From assembly GCA_963713605.1 (NCBI GenBank), contig CAVQMO010000010.1, positions 288,001 to 352,000 on the forward strand: a stretch of 64,000 bases of DNA, written 5' to 3'. The position numbers were made by a program, and so were the translations under genes. The notes beneath the pieces were generated by a model. The model was not told the origin of the DNA, made no database searches, and saw only the letters and a list, made by a program, of their open reading frames with translations. Below are positions 57,846 to 64,000 of this stretch, piece by piece; the stretch's first letter is position 1, and every line of letters starts with the position of its first letter. This DNA comes from an uncultured Nitrososphaerales archaeon (GTDB taxonomy: Archaea; Thermoproteota; Nitrososphaeria; Nitrososphaerales; Nitrososphaeraceae).

Positions 57846-57992
57846 ATGACTGTGATCATCAATACATATAGGTCATGCCTGTTTTGTGAAAAGAAAATAT
57901 CTGCGAGTGAAAGCTTGTGCGAAGAATGCATGAGTAAATATAAGATTAAAAAACATAATTATAATAATGACGGGTGTGGTTGCGATCGATAG
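57846..57992 (+). CDS. Cys-rich microprotein (48 aa, not in ORF track)
   Basis: CLFC-x10-CEEC...GCGC. Confidence 0.65.
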   Translation: MTVIINTYRSCLFCEKKISASESLCEECMSKYKIKKHNYNNDGCGCDR

Positions 57993-58030
57993 CTGCCTAG
58001 TTAGTTCATTTTCTTACTAGTTTAGCCACA

Positions 58031-58339
58031 TTAGGGTGGCTCAGCGGCTACCGTGAATTGAAGATTTGTTACATTGCCATTAATGTTTGACAAGTCATAC
58101 TGCAATTCCTCCAAAGACCTCATAGCTTCAGCCGAGTCATTTTGTTGTAATGCTTGCATTGCATCATTTACATGCATATTAGCACTTTCAATTGAACTCA
58201 AGATCATATCACTTTCTTGGGACTCCTCAAATGGTGGCTGAGGACTGGTTGAATATACATACATAGGTATAAACAGCACCACAACAATAGCAACAGAACA
58301 ACTAACAACAGCAGCGAACAATCCTTTAGCCCAATTCAT
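58031..58339 (-). CDS. Membrane-anchored hypothetical protein
   Basis: Likely start MNWAKG; TM helix then helical domain. Confidence 0.6.
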   Translation of the reverse strand: MNWAKGLFAAVVSCSVAIVVVLFIPMYVYSTSPQPPFEESQESDMILSSIESANMHVNDAMQALQQNDSAEAMRSLEELQYDLSNINGNVTNLQFTVAAEPP

Positions 58340-58469
58340 TAAAATAAGGAATAATTGAAGTAAATATATAAACCTATTTTCATTTTGAATCGATTGCTTA
58401 TGTATTGCCAAGTATGCGGGATAGACTTCCAAGAAGTCTGTCGCGGGGATCTTTTTTCTTTTTCAATTC

Positions 58470-58940
58470 ATGAAAAATCCTATATTGTACCAAGTGGTAT
58501 TAGCAAATATGTTAGCTACAACGCTCAGCCTACCTACTCTCCAAGATTTACGTATGCTTACTACATCTGATTTAGCGATAATGAGTGCACTGTCAGTTGC
58601 ATTCCGACATAGCCTTGAACTATATGTCAAAATTGATCCCTTTACTACAAAGGATCCATTTGAAGATCAAGATGATTTCAATTATTACATTATAGTCGAT
58701 AGAACTGAACCTAGGAGAATAGTGTCGTTATTTGCAATAAAAAATGACCCTCTTCTCCAACTTTCATGGGGCAATATTTTAGGGGATCGTCTTGCCAAAC
58801 TCACGATCCCAAAATCTAATGCATACATCTTGAAATCTGAAATCATGCCAAAAGACACTAATAATTTTTATACGTACAGACGTTCAGGCGTAGTATCTGG
58901 ACTTGTGATGTTCGCATTTCAGATGTGCGGACGTAAGTAA
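58470..58940 (+). CDS. Hypothetical protein
   Basis: 156-aa ORF with plausible composition. Confidence 0.65.
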   Translation: MKNPILYQVVLANMLATTLSLPTLQDLRMLTTSDLAIMSALSVAFRHSLELYVKIDPFTTKDPFEDQDDFNYYIIVDRTEPRRIVSLFAIKNDPLLQLSWGNILGDRLAKLTIPKSNAYILKSEIMPKDTNNFYTYRRSGVVSGLVMFAFQMCGRK

Positions 58941-58990
58941 CTAAGAGTAATATCCGATTTCCCTAAGGGACGCTAGCCAAAGTAATTAAT

Positions 58991-59677
58991 CTACATGACC
59001 GGTTCTTTCTTTACATACAGTTTTCCTGCGCGATCCTCCTCTAATCCCATTATGTTAAGAATTTGCCTGGAGTTAGTGATGCCTTCGCGTCTTATAATTT
59101 TCTCTGCCATCTTTAGCCTATAATTAGGCGTCCAGTGCTGACCGATCTTATATTTTCCTCGGATATCCTTGGGGACAACTTTAATCACACTGACTGCAAG
59201 TACTGATCTCATGGACTGGTTTAGTGATTCATAAAACCCTTCAGTTTGGTATTTCTTCATCAACATGTTTAATGCAAAAGCCTTTTCGATGGTGTCATCA
59301 ATGATTAACGCGTTACCTTTTATTACCACACTAATATAGAGAGTATCTGCTTGTGATGCATCTGTTGGATGAAAATAATACGATGGCAGAAAGCAGACAT
59401 GCTGATCCACTTCAAATCCAACTTTTGAATTTCTTTTAATATTTTCAATTTTCTCTCCAAATGGATGCGAATGCATATAAATCGCATCCGAATTGATCGG
59501 AGCAGACGGTTTATTCATTTTTCTCTCGTCCTGTGTTTTTACGAAAACGAAATTCATAGGTATAACTTGAGGAAATCCATCAATATCAATAGAGCATATC
59601 CTTCCAACTAGTTGACTATTCAAGAAATCAATTATTCGATGCTCGGATTTTATCTGAAATCTATTTGTCAGTTGCAT
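58991..59677 (-). CDS. Pyridoxamine 5'-phosphate oxidase-like (NimA-type) flavin-binding protein
   Basis: GRICSID..GFPQVIPMNF, YMHS..FGEK, VGFEVD, YISVVIKG. Confidence 0.88.
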   Translation of the reverse strand: MQLTNRFQIKSEHRIIDFLNSQLVGRICSIDIDGFPQVIPMNFVFVKTQDERKMNKPSAPINSDAIYMHSHPFGEKIENIKRNSKVGFEVDQHVCFLPSYYFHPTDASQADTLYISVVIKGNALIIDDTIEKAFALNMLMKKYQTEGFYESLNQSMRSVLAVSVIKVVPKDIRGKYKIGQHWTPNYRLKMAEKIIRREGITNSRQILNIMGLEEDRAGKLYVKKEPVM

Positions 59678-60331
59678 CTCATGTTACTTCCTGTTTACTA
59701 TTCCCTTTCTAATAAACTCGTTTCCAGACAGTTATCCATGTTGACCTTATAGCACTGTCTATTTATGAGAAATTCATGCATTCGGGCAATCTATGTAATA
59801 GTCCAAACTATCACATTTTGTGCTTCATTTGACCCATTCTTTATGTCGACAAGTTTGGGTCTCAACCTAAGAGTTTTGGTCCTGTGAATGCTACAACATT
59901 AAAAAACTTCTGAAGTTTCCCTGTTTATGATATCACTGGATGAGGTAATTCAACATCCTTGCCATGATATAGTAGAAGTTGTGGCGCAATAGAAAAGGTT
60001 CTGTAAGAAATATTCCCATGTGAGAAAATTCAAAGTGCAAGAACAGATCCTTAAGGATAATTTTCTTGATAAATTTCTCTTTTACATGAAACTAATCACC
60101 AATACGGTAAAGGATCCATATATCACAGGCAAAACCTTATGTGTAAAACAATCCTGATTGTATTTAGTTGAATATACATTAAATAATGATAGTAATCATG
60201 AGTTTGTTATGTTTAATGTTGAACTATCGATTTGTGTCGATCTTCTTTTCCAATCTTTGAATCTAGTTCAGAGTTATTCTCTTTCTTTCCCTTCATCGAT
60301 TTCTTTGGGTATATCAGGATCTCTTAATTTT

Positions 60332-61015
60332 ATGAATAGCATAAATATACAAGACCTTCTTACGTCCACCATCGCCTTATTTGTAGTAATGGATCCTATC
60401 GGCGTAATACCCTTATATGTTTCACTCACGAGAAACATGTCAATCCATGAGCGCAAAATAGTTTCCTCTAACGCAGTAGTAACCACAGGTATATTGTTGC
60501 TGGTATTCGCAATTGCTGGGACTACGATCCTGAGTATATTTGGAGTAACTATTTCCAGCTTCATGATAGCTGGCGGTATCCTTTTGTTTATAGTTGCAAT
60601 TGAATTACTGACGCGGGGAGAATGGACCTTTGGCAATCCTAGGACTATTACAAATATTGGAACGAAATCTCCGAATAAGGCAAATAATTTGACCCCTGAT
60701 ACTGAGAGCGCGTTTGGAGGCGAATCAGGGGTAGTTCCTCTCGCATTTCCATTACTTGCAGGGCCAGGAGCTATTACCTCCGTAATGATCTCTTATCAAT
60801 CTAACAGTCTGTTGATTTCGATATTGTCAATTGCAATTGTCATTGGTCTTACCTTCTTAATCCTTAGAATCGCTGACTCGATAAACAGATTGCTTGGGCA
60901 GCGTGGATCTATGATTGTTACTAGAGTTTTTGCAGTGATTGTTGCAGCTATAGCAGTTCAATACATCATACAAGGAACAGGACAAACCATTGTTGATTTG
61001 CGACTTAATTTGTAA
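60332..61015 (+). CDS. marC: MarC family membrane protein
   Basis: LFVVMDPIG, FMIAGGILLF, VVPLAFPLLAGPGAI. Confidence 0.93.
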   Translation: MNSINIQDLLTSTIALFVVMDPIGVIPLYVSLTRNMSIHERKIVSSNAVVTTGILLLVFAIAGTTILSIFGVTISSFMIAGGILLFIVAIELLTRGEWTFGNPRTITNIGTKSPNKANNLTPDTESAFGGESGVVPLAFPLLAGPGAITSVMISYQSNSLLISILSIAIVIGLTFLILRIADSINRLLGQRGSMIVTRVFAVIVAAIAVQYIIQGTGQTIVDLRLNL

Positions 61016-61852
61016 GTTAAAACAAATCTCCATAGCTCTTCTGCGGATTGCTCCCAACGCTAGAAGTTTATCACTTTATCCCGGGGAGTAACAGTTTGTC
61101 TGAACTATTTAGTCATATTTAGTTAATATCTATCATTCATTAATTGCTATACATCGATAGTATGCAAACCGACTGCATCAACGAAGCCTGTTAGGGGAAT
61201 CTAGAGTGTCACTAACTCGTTTTTACACAGAATACGTAAGGACGAATTTGAATGAGCGGCCTATTCTTGAATCATTGTGAGAATACGACCACTGATTCTT
61301 CAGTCTTGGACTCAAGAATTCTTGGTACAAACTAATAGAACTCGTATTGCAATACCGTCATCCTTGAAATCTTGAACCTGGGAATTAGAATTTTGGGCGA
61401 CGATAAGTAAGCCTAGAAAAATTGAAGATCTTCCACTAAATTGAGATGCATGGATTATATTTTATGATGATTATTCTCAAGTCTTTGATATTGCAGGGAT
61501 CACATTGTTCCAGTAATAGTTGCAATTGCCGCTTTAAGATACTATAAGGGAAGACAGAAATAACATGCGTACTTCCTTAGGATAATAGCTAAACATAAAG
61601 CTACTATCTATTAGTATCATTTGGTGATTCAATTTACATTAGGTTTTGTTCTTAACAATTGCGACTCTTACTAATGTTGTATTCGAATTGGAGACTTTTC
61701 GCGTACAATTGGCTTCATTGTAGAATTTGGCATGAGATTAGATTAAGAGCCGACACAAAGGTCGAATACATGTTTTAATTCCCACTTTCAGGCAAAGTAT
61801 TGCAATGTATTCAATATTTATAATAATGGCTTTAGTCTAACATAATTGGATA

Positions 61853-62137
61853 ATGTTCGGAAATATCTTTAGGAGATGGAAGCCCAAAGGAAGCATGTAC
61901 AGTCTAAAATGTGCGCAATGTGGCAAGGGTTTTCTTTCGAGTTTGAAACTCGAAGCTCCAATATGCGGGAAGTGCCTTCAAAAAGTGAAATCACTCGATT
62001 CAACAGTAGATCAGGATAAAAAATGTAGCAATTGTGGTAAGAATGGAGTTCTCTATGGAAAAAGCATGTGCTCTCAATGCTATTTTGGTTTTTCAAATCC
62101 TACTGAAGGTAAGGAACAAGGAACAAGACTACAATAG
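61853..62137 (+). CDS. Double zinc-ribbon protein
   Basis: Four CxxC motifs (CAQC, CGKC, CSNC, CSQC). Confidence 0.75.
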   Translation: MFGNIFRRWKPKGSMYSLKCAQCGKGFLSSLKLEAPICGKCLQKVKSLDSTVDQDKKCSNCGKNGVLYGKSMCSQCYFGFSNPTEGKEQGTRLQ

Positions 62138-62440
62138 ATGCTATGCATTCGAGGTTTGGAGCGCTACATTTAAAGACGGGGAAATTGTGGCGTGATACAG
62201 ATCAATATTCGCGAACGGGGGTTAATTAAGAATCGTCCTAATACAAAGTATGTCTAGTTGGAGAGTTATATTAGTTTCATATTCCTTGTGTTGATTCTAC
62301 TTCCATTTGCAAAGAATATTGCGAATGTCCTTGGCATCTAAATTTTCATGATGGGTTCTGCTCGATAATTCTGAACGGCTGGATGGCCCCTTGCAGAATA
62401 AATTGGTAACTTCTGGGGCCAGAATTAGAACTTTACAATT

Positions 62441-63418
62441 CTAAGAGGGGGCAAACACTTGGACACGGCTATTTCCAGCATCAACCACATAAACGTTCCC
62501 TGACGTGTCTAGAGCGATACCAAGAGGATCAATAAATTGTCCTTCACCGCTGCCTCTAGATCCCCACTTTGTTATAAAATTACCTTCACTGTCAAACTTC
62601 TGCACCCGGTTATTACCCTGATCAGTAACGTATGTATTCCCTTCTGAATCAACTGCAATATCACCTGGTCTAGTAAACTGTCCATCCCCAGAACCAGGTG
62701 TTCCCCACTTTGTTACAAAATTACCTTCACTGTCAAACTTCTGCACCCGGTCATTACCTCCGTCAACCACATAGATATTATTTGAGGAATCATCTGCTAA
62801 GCCAGCAGGATTGATAAACTGTCCATCTCCAGTGCCTGGCGTTCCCCATTTTGTTAGGAGGTTGCCCTCGCTATCAAACTTTTGAATTCTGTTGTTTTCA
62901 CCAAAGTCACCTACGTATACGTTGTCCGAACTATCCACAGTCAAACCTCCTGGGTTAATGAACTGACCGTCGCCTAAGCCAAATGAACCCCACATTCTTA
63001 GAAAAGTGCCCTCGTTCGTGAACTCTTGTACTGCAGTATCCGGACTACCAAAGTCAGCGACATAGACATTTCCAGAAGAACTAACACCTATACCACTTGG
63101 ACTGGTGAAGAGCGCAGGACCAAAACCCAGTGTTCCCCAAGAGGTGAGAAAGGTGCCATTGTTAGTAAACTTCTGTACCTTGTTAGACACACTAGTAAAA
63201 TCGGTAACATATACATTATCATCCTGATCTACAGCAATCTCGAGGGGTTGTTTGAAAGTACCAAAGCCAGTACCAGTAGAACCCCATTGTGTAACAAATG
63301 AATATTGTTCCTGTCCTAGAACTGTCATCGTAGCAAACAAAGTGGTTCCTAGTATCAGAGTCAATGTCATACCCATAAATGTCGCCAATGCCACTCTAAT
63401 GGTGACTAAGTTATTCAT
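62441..63418 (-). CDS. Secreted NHL-repeat six-bladed beta-propeller
   Basis: Signal peptide; repeated WG..G.GDGQF..P.GIAVD..GNVYV.D..N.RVQKF. Confidence 0.93.
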   Translation of the reverse strand: MNNLVTIRVALATFMGMTLTLILGTTLFATMTVLGQEQYSFVTQWGSTGTGFGTFKQPLEIAVDQDDNVYVTDFTSVSNKVQKFTNNGTFLTSWGTLGFGPALFTSPSGIGVSSSGNVYVADFGSPDTAVQEFTNEGTFLRMWGSFGLGDGQFINPGGLTVDSSDNVYVGDFGENNRIQKFDSEGNLLTKWGTPGTGDGQFINPAGLADDSSNNIYVVDGGNDRVQKFDSEGNFVTKWGTPGSGDGQFTRPGDIAVDSEGNTYVTDQGNNRVQKFDSEGNFITKWGSRGSGEGQFIDPLGIALDTSGNVYVVDAGNSRVQVFAPS

Positions 63419-63578
63419 ACTAAATCAAGTTATGATTGTTTTATATAAATGAATACTGTCGCGAAGGAGTACAAGTACCCTTTTAGATCGTCGCCAGCCC
63501 AACTGAAAAAGTTTGGAAATAGAAAATAAATAGTAGTTATGAATTGCTGAGGCGCTGCTTCATCGGATTCCTATTTTC

Positions 63579-64000
63579 CTATCTGCCTACTTGTGTATTA
63601 TTCGATTTCAACATAGGTTGCTTATCTTCATTATCATCCATGACCAAGCCATAGATAGGAGTATTCCCGTAATGATTGCTTACCTTTGAAGGGTCAAGCC
63701 AAATGCTTATCACTTTATCTCCAGTGATCGTTATGCTCGAAGGAATGTCTGTAACTGGCCCTTCTCTCATACTAGCAGTTGTGGTACCGTTAAACATCAC
63801 TGTTGAATTGTTTACCTGGGAAGAATTTGAAGCAACAAAATTAGTTATAGTGTGGGTATGACCCGCGCTTCCATTAAGCATTACCATCTCAAATTGCGTA
63901 TCAAAAGATTCTCCTACTAAAGATTCATTTCCTTGACCTTCAATTAATGACTGGTTGTTCGCCAATTTGCCTTTCCAATGCCCGGAAAGAACCCATGCCG
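63579..64000 (-). CDS. Hypothetical protein, C-terminal part (runs off window)
   Basis: FEMVMLNGSAGHTHTI...NHYGNTPIYG. Confidence 0.7.
   Translation of the reverse strand, partial: AWVLSGHWKGKLANNQSLIEGQGNESLVGESFDTQFEMVMLNGSAGHTHTITNFVASNSSQVNNSTVMFNGTTTASMREGPVTDIPSSITITGDKVISIWLDPSKVSNHYGNTPIYGLVMDDNEDKQPMLKSNNTQVGR

Noticed and set aside
61081..61125. GGGGAGTAAC resembling a yybP-ykoY riboswitch start
   Set aside because: Downstream of marC, no closing AGACC stem, no gene directly following
1..64000. CRISPR array, tRNA, rRNA or intact transposase
   Set aside because: None recognised by eye; tRNAscan-SE and Infernal would be needed to exclude intron-containing tRNAs or small RNAs

Overview
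Low-GC chromosomal segment of an ammonia-oxidizing archaeon, most likely Nitrososphaeraceae, judged from the archaeal amoC, cdvB-like ESCRT-III, thiolase/DUF35 pair, thiC, class II nrdJ, sufB and two cdc48 paralogs. About 41.8-61 kb is mostly core genes. About 0-41 kb is accessory, with small genes, decayed fragments (integrases, histidine kinase tails, aquaporin, kinase, receiver domain) and an eroded inverted duplication of the sufB region. Many genes, including essential ones, are split by single extra bases, which points to long-read consensus errors. Best candidates for something new: (1) an ArsR-type HTH + ATP-cone + class III RNR (NrdD)-fold protein lacking the catalytic Cys and glycyl-radical motif, close to nrdJ, a possible nucleotide-sensing pseudo-enzyme regulator; (2) an archaeal protein closely resembling the eukaryotic Png1/NGLY1 peptide:N-glycanase core; (3) a HEPN fusion protein; (4) an apparently intact extra RadA beside an integrase remnant; (5) several zinc-finger microproteins missed by the ORF track. 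All calls come from manual motif reading; no searches were run. No rRNA, tRNA or CRISPR array was recognised.
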